A DNA stretch of 64,000 nt, taken from IMG/VR virus record IMGVR_UViG_3300035510_000286, positions 64,001 to 128,000 of that record; one strand, 5' to 3'. The notes under the pieces were generated by a model. That model saw nothing but the letters and a program-made list of their open reading frames with translations, was not told the origin of the DNA and searched no databases. Every line of letters begins with the position of its first letter. Position 1 is the stretch's first letter. The translations under genes and the position numbers were made by a program. This DNA comes from a virus. Its lineage: Duplodnaviria; Caudoviricetes. Below, one piece after another: positions 28,156 to 39,584 of this stretch.

Positions 28156-28648
28156 GATTATTATGATGTGCGGAATTCCTGCTTCTGGCAAGTCTACTTG
28201 GGCTAACAAGCAAGCAGAACTTCATAGAAGAGATGGAGACACTGCAGTAGTAATTTCTCGAGATGAATGCCGCAAAGAACTTATTGGTGAAGATATGGAG
28301 AATTATTTCTCCAGAGAAGAAGAAGTATTTAATAACTTTATTGATAGAATTAATTCTTCTATTAAAGAAGGTGTAAAGTATATCTTTGTCGATGCAACTC
28401 ATGTAAGTCATGCTTCTCGCCACAAGCTACTTTCTCATATTAAGATTGAAGGAAATATTATGCTGCGGGTCGCGGTAATGCTTACTAGTTATGAAAGCGC
28501 AGTTCAGCGTAATACAGAACGAGCTGGCTTCGCGCACGTACCCGATTCCGCTATTGAGTCTATGTTTGATAATTTTTCTTATCCTACTGTTCCTGAATTA
28601 ATTGGCTATGGTTTTAGGTCTGTATTGATTGAGAGGTTTGAGAATTGA
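28145..28648 (+). CDS. P-loop kinase, polynucleotide-kinase-like
   Basis: GIPASGKST, ISRDECR, VDATH, QRNTER. Confidence 0.85.
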   Translation: MTYEIIMMCGIPASGKSTWANKQAELHRRDGDTAVVISRDECRKELIGEDMENYFSREEEVFNNFIDRINSSIKEGVKYIFVDATHVSHASRHKLLSHIKIEGNIMLRVAVMLTSYESAVQRNTERAGFAHVPDSAIESMFDNFSYPTVPELIGYGFRSVLIERFEN

Positions 28649-29214
28649 GTATTTGGGTTACTTCTGATTGGCATTTTAACCATGATAAAAGTTTTATCTG
28701 GGAAGCAAGAGGATTTGAATCAGTAGAAGAAATGAACCAAGAAATTGTGCGGCGACACAATGAGTTAGTGCAGCCGGAGGATACTGTTTATGTGCTAGGT
28801 GATTTGTGCCTTAGTACAGATCTTGAAGGCAATAAAAGTCTAATTGAAAGTATGAATGGTAAATTGCATATTATTGTAGGAAACCATGATACTATTAAAC
28901 GGCAAGAAATGTATGAAACTTGTTCTAATGTATCTTATATTTCTCATAGTTACCTGATGTATAAATCTAAACCTATGATTCTATTCAGCCATTTTCCTAC
29001 TCTTGTTTCTAACGCAGATGATTATAAAAAACCCTTTAAGACTAGAATTTTGAATATTTGCGGTCATGCTCATACTCCGAACAGATTCTCCGATTGGGGC
29101 AAAGGGATGATTTATCATGCAGATATGGAGGCACATGACTGTAGACCTATTGAATTAGATGAAGTTATAAAGGAGTGCAAAGAAGCATGGAGCCCAGAAT
29201 TTATAAGAATTTAA
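28645..29214 (+). CDS. calcineurin-like phosphoesterase
   Basis: TSDWHFNH, LGD, GNHD, SHFP, GHAH. Confidence 0.88.
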   Translation: MSIWVTSDWHFNHDKSFIWEARGFESVEEMNQEIVRRHNELVQPEDTVYVLGDLCLSTDLEGNKSLIESMNGKLHIIVGNHDTIKRQEMYETCSNVSYISHSYLMYKSKPMILFSHFPTLVSNADDYKKPFKTRILNICGHAHTPNRFSDWGKGMIYHADMEAHDCRPIELDEVIKECKEAWSPEFIRI

Positions 29215-30059
29215 ACTTAGAAAGAATTTTTATTAGAGATAAAGATTTCAGCTATGCTCGGTTCGAAGATTGTGAATTTAAGAATATTATTGTTTCTGAT
29301 GTAAAGCTTGAGAATTGCGTCTTTGTTAATTGCGTATTCTATGGGGATTCTAGCTTCTATAATTGTACGTTAGATACAGTATTTTTCTTAAATTCTAGTA
29401 TTGAATATTCTAGTATTAAAAAGATGTGTTTCTATAATTGCATTTTCTGTAAGACTGATTTTACAGCTTGCATCATTAAAGGTGTATTCTTTCAGAAAGA
29501 TTGTGCCTGTATCCATTGTGATATTCAAGATAATGATTTCTTGGATGCTGAAATAAGAATTAAATTTGATAGCTGTACTATTTATAGTAATTTTTATACT
29601 TGTAATTTTTTGTATTCTAAATTTACTGCAAATAATGTTATAAATATCTATGATTTTTATCATAATTATAATTGTGGTTCATTTGAGTCTGTAGAGTCTT
29701 ATAATCTATTTTTAAAGTCTGGTATGGATTGTCCTTCCGAAGGCTCTTATATTGCCTTTAAAAAGGTTTGGAGCGAAAACTGTCGAACCGCGATTGCAAA
29801 GCTGGAGATTCCCGCAGATGCAAAGCGGAGTTCTGCAGGAGGCTCTAAATGTAGAGCAAGTAAAGCTAAAGTTCTGTTTATTGTTGATAAAGATTATCCT
29901 AATATAACGTATAATAAAGCTTTTAGCCAGTATGATAAATCTTTTATCTATCAGGTTGGGGAAACAGTAGAAGTAGAGAATTTCGATGACAATAGATGGG
30001 AAGAGTGCGCGCCAGGTATCCATCATTTTCTGGATAAATATAATGCTATTAACTATTGA
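29187..30059 (+). CDS. pentapeptide-repeat protein with DUF5758-like C-terminus
   Basis: (F/L)xNCxF repeats; KCRASKAKV...ECAPGIH. Confidence 0.75.
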   Translation: MEPRIYKNLNLERIFIRDKDFSYARFEDCEFKNIIVSDVKLENCVFVNCVFYGDSSFYNCTLDTVFFLNSSIEYSSIKKMCFYNCIFCKTDFTACIIKGVFFQKDCACIHCDIQDNDFLDAEIRIKFDSCTIYSNFYTCNFLYSKFTANNVINIYDFYHNYNCGSFESVESYNLFLKSGMDCPSEGSYIAFKKVWSENCRTAIAKLEIPADAKRSSAGGSKCRASKAKVLFIVDKDYPNITYNKAFSQYDKSFIYQVGETVEVENFDDNRWEECAPGIHHFLDKYNAINY

Positions 30060-30211
30060 TATAACCCCTGGAGGTATAATGCCTTCAGGGGTTTCGTTGT
30101 ATTAAGCTATACTTCGAGGTCCAGTTCATTGCACCCATAGGGAAATTTTTTGGTAAAATGGCTTTAATATAAAATTTCTGATATAATAAAAGAAAAAAGG
30201 AGATTCATATT

Positions 30212-30679
30212 ATGAATTTAATTAGAGTATTAAACAGATGTCCAGTTAAAGAGAAAACTTTAGACCATATGACTGTAGCTACTATTAATTACAATGGTAC
30301 TGATTATACTGGCTTTAGCGCTTGTTGCGGGGAAGATGAAGAATTCTATTCTCCTAAAATTGGATTTAATATTGCCCATCAGCGGGCTTTAATTGAAGCG
30401 GCTTATTGGGCTACTGCTGATGCAGAACGAGAGTGGAAAATTCTGAATAAAGCTTATAAAGATGCTATGTTTAATTTATATGAAGATAAAGACGCTATTG
30501 CAGAAGCAGACCCGCAAAATAGATTTAAAAGACAAGTGCGGATGGCCGAGAATAAGTACCGCCGTTATTCCAGAGATTTAAAGATTCTTAGAAACGAACT
30601 TAATGAATATCTTAAGGCTCAAGAGACTGTTATCAGTTCTCTAAAGAGACAGAGACAAAATAAGGACGAAAAGGATTAA
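30212..30679 (+). CDS. hypothetical protein
   Basis: 155 aa ORF with AAGGAG RBS. Confidence 0.7.
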   Translation: MNLIRVLNRCPVKEKTLDHMTVATINYNGTDYTGFSACCGEDEEFYSPKIGFNIAHQRALIEAAYWATADAEREWKILNKAYKDAMFNLYEDKDAIAEADPQNRFKRQVRMAENKYRRYSRDLKILRNELNEYLKAQETVISSLKRQRQNKDEKD

Positions 30680-30720
30680 ATTATTTAATCCTTTTTTTAA
30701 TATCCCTAGGAGGAATTTCT

Positions 30721-30945
30721 ATTAAGTATTTTATTTTAGGAATCCTCTTTGCCACTATAGGAACTTCTTTACTAGATTTATTAGTAACTATTATTACTTA
30801 TTTTACTGAATTAATTAAGGCTAAGTTTAGCATTAAAATTGGAGAACTTAATGCGGAAATAGCTAAGTTGAATGGTGAAGAAGAACCTACTAGAGTAATT
30901 GGTTTTACTCTAGGTGAAGAAGGAGATGAAGAAGAAGATGATTAA
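30721..30945 (+). CDS. small membrane protein, possible ATT start (not in ORF track)
   Basis: GGAGGA RBS then ATT AAG TAT...; 74 aa with TM segment and acidic tail; stop overlaps the PhoH start region. Confidence 0.45.
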   Translation: MKYFILGILFATIGTSLLDLLVTIITYFTELIKAKFSIKIGELNAEIAKLNGEEEPTRVIGFTLGEEGDEEEDD

Positions 30946-32164
30946 CTTTTATGATACATCTAGTTTGTTACTAAAAACTAGCTTTGACGATGAAAACAAG
31001 TTTTTAGTTTCTTCTATTACAATTAAAGAATTAGAAAATATAAAGACTTCTACTCATAAAAATGAAGAAATTAAGTATTCAGCAAGAAATTTATTAAAAT
31101 TTTTATATGAAAATACTGATAAGTATGACGTAATTTTACATAAAAGTGCTTATGAATTTCCGATTGTAGAAGCGGATTTCGAGTTGAATAATGATTCTAA
31201 AATCCTATCAGATGTTATTTATGCCAACAACAATTTGCATATAGACGATATAGACTTCGTTACAAATGATTTTTCTCTCGCTTTATTAGCAAATCAATTC
31301 TTGGGTGATGGCTGCATTAAAGCTATAGCTCCCGCCGAAGAGTATACAGGATATATTGAAGTAAGCGTGAGTGATAGCTCAGTAGCAGATATATATCAAG
31401 ATAAAAACCCTTATGGTTTGTTATGTGGAGAATACTTGATAGTACGAGAAGAAGATAAAGTAGCAGATGTCTTAGTATGGCAAGGCGACTCGTACAGACA
31501 CTTAAGTTACAACTCTTTTACTTCTGATTGGTTTGGTGAAGTTATTCCTTATAAAAATGATATTTATCAAAAACTATTATTTGATAGCTTGTGTAACAAT
31601 ACCATGACTATTATTAGAGGTAAAGCTGGAACAGGAAAGTCTTATACTGCAATGGCTTATCTCATGTATGCGCTAGAAAAAGGCATTATAGATAAAATAG
31701 TTATTCTATGTAACCCCGTTGCTACTAAAGACTCGGCCAGACTTGGCTTTTATCCTGGATCTAAAGAATCTAAACTTCTCGATTCATAGATTGGTAATTT
31801 CTTGATTGGTAAATTCGGCGGCTCTGAAGCAGTAGAGAGATTAATAGAAGAGGGCACTTTGATATTGATTCCTGCTTCTGATTGCAGAGGACTAGATATA
31901 GGTAGTAGGGCTGGCGTATATATCACAGAAGCGCAAAATACTACTATAGATTTAATGCAACTTATGCTTCAGCGGATTGGAGAGAATTGTATCTGTATCG
32001 TTGAAGGTGATGATAAAGCACAAGTTGATTTAAAGGTATATGAAAATAATAATAATGGTCTGCGGCGGGCCTCGGAAGTATTCCGCGGCGAACCTTACTA
32101 TGGAGAGGTAACTCTTCAAAATTGTTATAGGTCTAAAATAGCTGCTAGAGCAGAATTAATGTAA
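30938..32164 (+). CDS. phoH: PIN-PhoH family protein (TAG=Gln at 31787)
   Basis: PIN FYDTSSLL...DSKIL...FVTND; Walker A GKAGTGKS, LGFYPGS, RGLD, EAQN, GDDKAQVD; halves in frame across TAG. Confidence 0.88.
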
Positions 32165-32216
32165 GAAAAGAAGCACTTTATGTGCTTCTTTTTTTCTTTT
32201 GAAAGGAAGTGAAATA

Positions 32217-33047
32217 ATGTTAAATATTACTAAGAAAACTAGCACAACAAATACTACATCTCTGCCTAATCGTTCAATTAAATATATTGTAATTCATTAT
32301 ACAGCCGGTGTAACTTCTAAAGCTGGTACTGCGGCAAGTACTGCGTCTTATTTTAGTAATGCTAGTGTAAAAGCCTCAGCAGATTTTATTGTGGATGATG
32401 GAACTATAGTCTAGTTTAATCCTGATATAGCTAATAGATATGCTTGGCATTGTGGTGGTTCTAAATACGCTACTAAAGGTGGTTCACTCTACGGAGTAGC
32501 TACTTTAAAAAATACTATTGGTATTGAGATTTGTTCTACCAATAAAACTGGCAAGATGACATATGCTAATGATTCTAATTATTATTTTAAGGATACTGCG
32601 CTTAATAATGCTGTAGATCTAGTGAAATATTTAATGGATAAGTATAATATTGATGTTAATCATGTTATTCGTCATTATGATGTAAATGGTAAATAGTGTC
32701 CTGGCATCGTTGGTTGGAACGCAGATACAGGTGATGAAAGTCAGTGGCTAGCTTTCAAAAAGAGATTGACTACCACTACTACAACTAGTTCTAATACCAC
32801 TACTAATCAGACGAAATCGCAAAAGGAGGAAGAAATCGTGACTCAAGAAGATTTTAACAAGATGATGGATGTATACCTAAAATCTTTAGCCGAAAAGGAT
32901 CCTAGTTCTTGGAGTAGTGCAGACCGCACATGGGCAGAGAGTAATAATCTTATTACTGGCTCAGATGGCAAAATGCAGTATAAGAAATTCTTAACTCGTG
33001 AAGAGTTTGCAGCGGTGCTACATAGATATTATGAGAAATTCAAGTAA
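32217..33047 (+). CDS. N-acetylmuramoyl-L-alanine amidase endolysin with C-terminal SLH-like domain (TAG=Gln at 32412 and 32694)
   Basis: IVIHYTAG, SADFIVD, AWHCG, IGIEIC, IRHYDVNGK(Q)CPG; TREEFAAVLHRY. Confidence 0.9.
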
Positions 33048-33336
33048 TAAAGAATTTTCTAAAACACTACTAGTCCAAGAATCTATTTTAATTTGGATTA
33101 TGACTATATCTTTCATTGCTCTTGCTTTTATCTGTATATTTAAAGGTTATACAGGTTCTTTACCTTGGCTATCTGCAATGTCAAGCTTACCTTGGGGTGC
33201 TTACGCAGTAAGTCAAGCTTTTTATTATTCTAAAGCAAAAGCAGAGAATACTGCAGGTGGATTGAAATTTGAGACTATAATGAAAGATATGACTTCTAGC
33301 GCTGAAGATTTAGATGATGTTATTCCTGACATCTGA
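33031..33336 (+). CDS. holin-like membrane protein
   Basis: Two TM segments; YYSKAKAEN; overlaps the endolysin gene. Confidence 0.6.
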   Translation: MRNSSNKEFSKTLLVQESILIWIMTISFIALAFICIFKGYTGSLPWLSAMSSLPWGAYAVSQAFYYSKAKAENTAGGLKFETIMKDMTSSAEDLDDVIPDI

Positions 33337-33341
33337 TTATT

Positions 33342-33375
33342 AAGGGCGGAACTTAGTTCCGCCCTTTTTATTTTT
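33342..33375 (+). terminator. intrinsic terminator
   Basis: AAGGGCGGAAC-TTA-GTTCCGCCCTT followed by T-tract. Confidence 0.85.
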
Positions 33376-33520
33376 ATTTGAAATTCTAAAAAATTTGTTG
33401 TATAATTATTAAAGAAAAGTGATAGAGAGGACTTCCAATCATTCATTTCTCTTTCACTTAACAAAAATATTATAATTTAGTAAATTTAAAATTTCAATCT
33501 AAGGAGGTTTATACCATTAG

Positions 33521-35696
33521 ATGAAAGATAATAAAAATCTATATGATGAAAATTCTATTCAAAGCTTAGATCCTAGGGAGTTTACACGCTTGAGGCCTGG
33601 TGTCTACGTAGGTAGCACCGAGTATTCTACACAGCTTTTAATCGAGATTATTAGCAATGCTGTTGATGAATTTCGAGCTGGTAATGGGTCTAAAATTGAA
33701 GTAAAAGTAAATGATGATAATGTTATTGAAGTTAGAGACTACGCACAAGGTTTCTTAATTAACAGTGTGCGGGAAGATGGTAAAACTATCCTTGAAGCTA
33801 GTTTTAGTGTACTTAATACCAGTGGTAAGTATAGTGAAGATGGCGTATATGAAGGTACCGCTTTAGGTCTTAATGGTATTGGTTCTAAGCTTCCTACCTT
33901 TTTAAGTCATTGGCTTGAAGTTACTTCTTATCGCGATGGTAAGATGGAAAAAATCAGATTTGATGAAGGTATCTTTACATCGAGAGAAGTGGCAGATACA
34001 GAGCAGCCTTCCGGCACTTATGTAAAATGGCTTCCTAGCGAAGAATTCTTTGACCATCCCGAAGTTAATGAAAAGGTAATTAAAGACTTACTCGAGGTTT
34101 TAGTTTGTCTTTGTCCCGGACTTACTATTGAATATACTAGTCATGGAGAAATTACAAAATATTATTCTAAGGAAGGTTTAAAGAATTTAGTAGACAAAGC
34201 GGTTAAAGAAAAGGAAATTCTAAAGAATCGTTTTACTATCAATCATACAGAAGGCAAGTATAGTATTGACTTAGTAATGACGTATACTGATTCCTATTCT
34301 TCTACTATTGTTCCATATGTGAATACTGGTCTTACTGATTCTGGTCCCCATATTTCTCAGATTAAAACTATTCTAACTAGAGAAATGAATAAGTTCTTTA
34401 GAGATAAAGGATGGCTTAAAGATAAGGATAGTAATCTTTCCGGCGATGACTGTCAAGAAGGTATGTATTTAGCTTTTAATATTTCTGCACCTGGTGTTTC
34501 TTATGACGCACAAACTAAGTCTAGAATTGTAAAGCTAGATATGAAACCTTTTAACGGGATCATTACTGAATCTCTCCAGTACTGGTTTGCAGCAAATGAA
34601 AAAGAAATTAAAAACATTGCGGACAAGGCTTTAAACGCCCGAAAAGCGAGAGAAGCTGCACGCAAAGCTCGAGATGCCGCACGAGATCCTAAGAAGAAAG
34701 AAACCGGCCTTAAGGCTAAGATGCAACTCAGTAATAAGTTCATTGATTGTGTGAACAAAAAACCTGAAGAACGCACGCTGCTTATAGTCGAGGGGTTAAG
34801 CGCCGGGTCAGCTGCAGTTGAAGCGCGTAATGCCAAGACTGATTGCATCTATATGCTGAGAGGTAAGATTATTAGTCCTCTAAAAGCTAGTTTGGATAAA
34901 ATTCTAGCTAATCAAGAGATGTCTGATATTATCAGAGTTATTGGTGCAGGATTCGGTGATGCTTTTGACGTTTCCAAGATGAATTTTAATAAGATTGTTA
35001 TCACCAGTGACCAAGATAGCGATGGAAGTGCGATTGAACTTTTGCTTATTACATTCTTTTGTACTTATATGCGGCCGCTCGTGGAAGCTGGCAGACTATA
35101 TCGAGCTGTAACTCCTCTTTATATCATTAGACAAAAAGGCGAAGAGTATTATTGTTATTCTGACGCAGAATTGGAGGATTGGAAGAGTCATAATTCTGGA
35201 AGTTATGAGTTACTACGAGCAAAAGGGTAAGAGATAGTCTGGCCCTTACTTACTTTTCCCAATGACCATGGGGGTTTGTTTAATAAACAAGCTAACGAGG
35301 GAGTCTGACCAAGTAAAGTTGAAGATAATCTCGTGCCAAGTCTCATAATGAGAAAGGTGTATCGACTATTCCCTTTGTCGGGAAGTACTGGTGCTATTGG
35401 TACGCACTCTAGTTTTAGGAAACGAAGCTAGTTAAATGAGGAAACGGTAAGCTTTAAGATTTATCTTAAAGAAGAAATAGTCAGTACCATTGGAAACAAT
35501 GGATTAATATGTAGGCGAATTAAACCCAATCGATTTGCAGAAGGTGTGCTTTGAGAATGAAAGATACAAACAACTAACAATTTCTGATTTAGAAGAAACT
35601 ATTAAACTGCTAGAAGTTTTAGAAGGTCCTGCGATCGAACCTCGTAGACAATATATCTATGATAATGCTACAGAACTTGGTTTTAGCTTTGATTAA
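33521..35696 (+). CDS. gyrB: type II topoisomerase subunit B (GyrB/ParE-like), join(33521..35228,35512..35696)
   Basis: EIISNAVDE, GLNGIG, VEGLSA, LRGK, DQDSDG; splicing restores RAKG-LGELNP; 631 codons. Confidence 0.92.
35229..35511 (+). mobile_element. group I intron without an ORF, in gyrB
   Basis: 5' exon ends in U pairing in P1 (GGGU/GCCC); R TATCGACTA, S AAATAGTC; terminal G. Confidence 0.9.
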
Positions 35697-35708
35697 GGAG
35701 GGAATTTA

Positions 35709-38072
35709 ATGGCGAATATTACAGAAGTAGATATTTTAGATGAATCGAAAGAATGTTTTTTAACCTATAGTTCTGAGGTACTTACAGATCGTGCGGTGCC
35801 AGCCGCAGAAGACGGTCTCCTTTCCGCACAGCGTAAAATCTTGTGGACAATGGAAGATTATTTGAAAATGGATTCTAAAAGCAAGACTAAAAAGTGTAAT
35901 GCTCTAGTCGGATCTACCCTAGCGACCTCGTATTTTCACGGCGATCAAGCTTGTTATGGCGTGCTTTGTAAGATGTCCCAAGAATTTCTTATGAGGTATC
36001 CGCTTATTACAGGTCAAGGCTCTCTTGGTACTCAAGAATCTAATGATATGAAAGCTAGCTCGAGATATACAGAAGCTAAACCTTCTATTTACGCAGACTT
36101 GATGATGGGTGATTATAAGAAGAATGTAGTACCAACAAAAGAAACTTACAATGGCGAGTTTATGGAGCCTATTGTTTTGCCTTCTCTTTTCCCTAATGCA
36201 ATTTGTAATGGTAGACAAGCTATTGGCGTCGCATTATCTCATTCTAGTGTGCCTCATAATCTAACTGAAGCTTGTAACGCTATTACCGCTTATATTGAGG
36301 ATAAAATCTCGAATGTAGATGAATTAATGCAGTATATGAAGGGACCTGACTTCCCGCTTGGCGGTACTGTCATCAATAGTTCTGTGATTCGTGAAGCTTT
36401 TAGAACTGGTAAGTCTAAAGTTTCTCTAAAAGTTCGAGGAAATTATGAAGTAAATAATGATGAAATTATTTTTACTACAATTCCTTATAGAACTTATCGT
36501 GATAAAATTAAAGAACAAATCAATAAAAACGTCGAGGAATTAGAAAAGTATTTTGATGATTTCAGTGATGAATCAAATGTAGGTAAGAATAGATTAGTTT
36601 TTAAGATAAAAAGCGGAGTTAATGCGGCAAAGGCTTTGAATGTGCTTTTTGCTAAGACCGATTTACAGACTACTGTATCTTATAACATGAATTACATTGT
36701 TAATGGTACACCTAAGCTTTGTTCTATGTTGGATCTAGTAGATGCTTATGTTAAACACCAAACAAATGTCCTACTCGCTGCTACTAAGTTTGATAAGGAA
36801 AAAGCCGAAGCAAGAGCGCATATCTTAAGAGGTCTACTTGTAGCATTAGATAAAATTAATGAAGTTATTGAACTTATTAAAAAAGCAGAAGGAAAGAAAG
36901 ACGCTAATGCTAAGTTAGTAGATTTTCTCGGCATTGATGAAATTCAAGCTAATGCCATTCTTGATATGAAACTTGCTAAGCTAACTCGTATTGATAAGCA
37001 AGAGCTAGTAGATGAATTAAAGCAGAAGGAAGAGATAATTGAGGAATGTGTGCGGATTTGCGAGGATGAAAGCTACAGAAATCAAGTCCTTATTCAGAAA
37101 GTAACGAGCCTTAAAGAGAAATATGGCGACGAGCGCCGCACAAAGCTGGCAGACATCCAAGAAGAAAAGCCTGAAAAAGCTAAACCTGAAATTGTGCCAG
37201 AGGATTGTGTTGTAAATATCTCTAAGTCTGGATATATTAAGCGTATTCCTAGTAAGTCTTATAAGACTTCTCGCAGAAATACTGTAGGAGCTAAGAATGA
37301 AGATGTCATGGTATATACGGCTAAGACAAATACGGTAGATACGCTTCTTATCTTTTCTTCTGCTGGCAAAATGTATAGACTTCCTGTCGTTGATATTCCT
37401 GAAGCTACTAATGCGACCAAGGGTCTATTACTCACGAGTTTAGTCGACTTCGAAGCTGGCGAATCCGCAATGGCTTATACTGTGTTAAATGACAATAGTA
37501 CACCTAATTATGTATTCTTCGGAACTGCGGATGGTACAGTTAAGAAAGCTAAGTTTGAAGAGTTTACTTCTACTAAGCACTCTAAAGGTGTTAAGGCTCT
37601 AAAACTGCGAGAGGGTAATTTCCTCACCTCTGTTGATTTTATGTGTGATGAAGATATTCTTCTTATTTCTAAGAGAGGTATGATTATTCGATTCGCTACA
37701 GAAGATATGCCACTTTCTTCGAGAACCGCGATGGGCGTTAAGGGTATTAAGCTTAATGATGGCGATGAACTGGTTGCTTGCGTATCCATTAGAAAGCCTT
37801 ATCTTGCGGTTGTAACGGCCGATGGCCACGGAAAGCTTGTTGATATGGCGGAGTTTAATACACAAGGCAGAGGTGGTAAGGGAGTAAAATGTACTAATGG
37901 AGTTGACATTGGCGGAGTAGCTCAAGTTGACTTAACTAGCGATATCCTCATTACCGGCGACCGCAGTTCTGTACGGGTTTCCGCCCAAGAGTTCCCGCAG
38001 TATAGCAAAATGATGCTTGGAAATTTGGTTATTAAGAACAATGATACAGTGACTTCTATTACCGAAATTTAA
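35709..38072 (+). CDS. gyrA: type II topoisomerase subunit A (GyrA/ParC-like)
   Basis: DRAVPAAEDGL, YFHGD, SSRYTE, GPDFP; C-terminal beta-pinwheel repeats (QGRGGKGV). Confidence 0.92.
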   Translation: MANITEVDILDESKECFLTYSSEVLTDRAVPAAEDGLLSAQRKILWTMEDYLKMDSKSKTKKCNALVGSTLATSYFHGDQACYGVLCKMSQEFLMRYPLITGQGSLGTQESNDMKASSRYTEAKPSIYADLMMGDYKKNVVPTKETYNGEFMEPIVLPSLFPNAICNGRQAIGVALSHSSVPHNLTEACNAITAYIEDKISNVDELMQYMKGPDFPLGGTVINSSVIREAFRTGKSKVSLKVRGNYEVNNDEIIFTTIPYRTYRDKIKEQINKNVEELEKYFDDFSDESNVGKNRLVFKIKSGVNAAKALNVLFAKTDLQTTVSYNMNYIVNGTPKLCSMLDLVDAYVKHQTNVLLAATKFDKEKAEARAHILRGLLVALDKINEVIELIKKAEGKKDANAKLVDFLGIDEIQANAILDMKLAKLTRIDKQELVDELKQKEEIIEECVRICEDESYRNQVLIQKVTSLKEKYGDERRTKLADIQEEKPEKAKPEIVPEDCVVNISKSGYIKRIPSKSYKTSRRNTVGAKNEDVMVYTAKTNTVDTLLIFSSAGKMYRLPVVDIPEATNATKGLLLTSLVDFEAGESAMAYTVLNDNSTPNYVFFGTADGTVKKAKFEEFTSTKHSKGVKALKLREGNFLTSVDFMCDEDILLISKRGMIIRFATEDMPLSSRTAMGVKGIKLNDGDELVACVSIRKPYLAVVTADGHGKLVDMAEFNTQGRGGKGVKCTNGVDIGGVAQVDLTSDILITGDRSSVRVSAQEFPQYSKMMLGNLVIKNNDTVTSITEI

Positions 38073-38081
38073 GGAGGTATT

Positions 38082-39179
38082 ATGTTCGATAAAGAAAAGA
38101 TTGCAGAATTATATCCAGGCGCAGAAGATCTTATGCTCGAGGCGCAGCTCATTTGGAAGCTGCCTTCGGGCAAAGAAGATATGTTTGAAAAAGTCTGTGA
38201 ATCTGGAGAATACTTTCTTACAGAAAAGATTGACGGTGCTTTATATCAATTTGTAAAAGTTGAAAATGGAGCATATCTATTCGGTAGAACTATTAGCAAA
38301 ACTACTGGGTTACTTACTGAAAAACTAGATAATGTACCGCATATCAGAGAAGCGCTTTCTGTGTTACCTTCTTCTACTGTTCTGATTGGTGAAATCTACT
38401 ATCCGGGCGGAACATCCAAGAATGTAACTAGTATTATGGGTTGTTTGCCGAAGAAAGCAATAGAAAGACAGAAGGATAATCCTATTCATTATTATGTCCA
38501 TGATATTATTTTTTGTAATGGAGAAGATTTAACTGGAATTGGGGCAGAAGATAGATATAACATTTTAGCTTCTTTGTGGAAAGAATATAACCTTGATTCT
38601 TATGATTTCTTGCGGTTGGCCGAGAAAAAGGATGAAGATTTTCAAGCTATTCTCGCTAATATTCTAGCTTCTGGTGGAGAAGGTATTGTTCTTAAAAAGA
38701 GGGATGCGGTATATACTGCTGGAAGGCGCCCAGCTTGGAGTAGTATTAAAGTGAAAACTGTAGATACTATTGATTTAGTCTGTGTGGGGCTATGTAAACC
38801 CACTAAAGAATATACCGGCAAAGAATTAGAAACATGGCCTTATTGGGCTAGGGGTGAAGAGTTAATTAACGAAAATAAATATGGAGAAGAAGGATGGGAA
38901 CCGATTACTAAGCCATATTATTTAGGCGTAATTACCTCTATGGAGATTGGCGCATATCATAATGGTAGTCTAGTTAAAATTGGTACCGTATCTTCTGGTT
39001 TTACAGATGATGATCGCGCCCAAATGACTTTTTATCCTGAGAGTTTTATCAATCATGTATTTAACTTTTCTTGTATGAGTATTGATAAGAAGGAACATAC
39101 TCTGCGGCATCCGGTGTATGTAGGTCCTAGACCAGATAAGAATCCGCAAGAGTGTATCCTGGAAGAAGTGTTTAGTTGA
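38082..39179 (+). CDS. ATP-dependent DNA ligase
   Basis: EKIDG, EGIVLK, WSSIKVK, LRHPVY..RPDK. Confidence 0.9.
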   Translation: MFDKEKIAELYPGAEDLMLEAQLIWKLPSGKEDMFEKVCESGEYFLTEKIDGALYQFVKVENGAYLFGRTISKTTGLLTEKLDNVPHIREALSVLPSSTVLIGEIYYPGGTSKNVTSIMGCLPKKAIERQKDNPIHYYVHDIIFCNGEDLTGIGAEDRYNILASLWKEYNLDSYDFLRLAEKKDEDFQAILANILASGGEGIVLKKRDAVYTAGRRPAWSSIKVKTVDTIDLVCVGLCKPTKEYTGKELETWPYWARGEELINENKYGEEGWEPITKPYYLGVITSMEIGAYHNGSLVKIGTVSSGFTDDDRAQMTFYPESFINHVFNFSCMSIDKKEHTLRHPVYVGPRPDKNPQECILEEVFS

Positions 39180-39365
39180 ATATGGAAAATAAAAATGATA
39201 TAATTTATTGTGAAAAGTGTAGATGGTGGGCCGCAGAAGAACAAGTTTGTTGTAACGCAGACAGTGAGCATTGCGCAGACTTCACTTGTCCTTATGAATC
39301 CTGTTTATACTTTGAATTGAAATAATAAAAAATATATATTATAATAATTACAGAAAGGTTAAGAG

Positions 39366-39566
39366 ATGACTAAGAAACAACTCCGCAAAATCGCGGATGA
39401 AATCATCTAGCTAGACAAAGTCTATAATGATGAAGAATCTACCCATGAGTAGAAAGCAAGAGCAGAAAAACGAATGTCACAAATAACTAATATGCTGATG
39501 TGTCTACCTAATGGATTAGAATTACTAGATGAAGTCGATTACCTAATAAGTAAAAAATATAATTGA
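39366..39566 (+). CDS. hypothetical protein with two TAG codons (not in ORF track)
   Basis: MTKKQLRKIADEII(Q)LDK..., downstream of promoter at 39317. Confidence 0.55.
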
Positions 39567-39584
39567 TAAAAGGAGAAAATTAAC

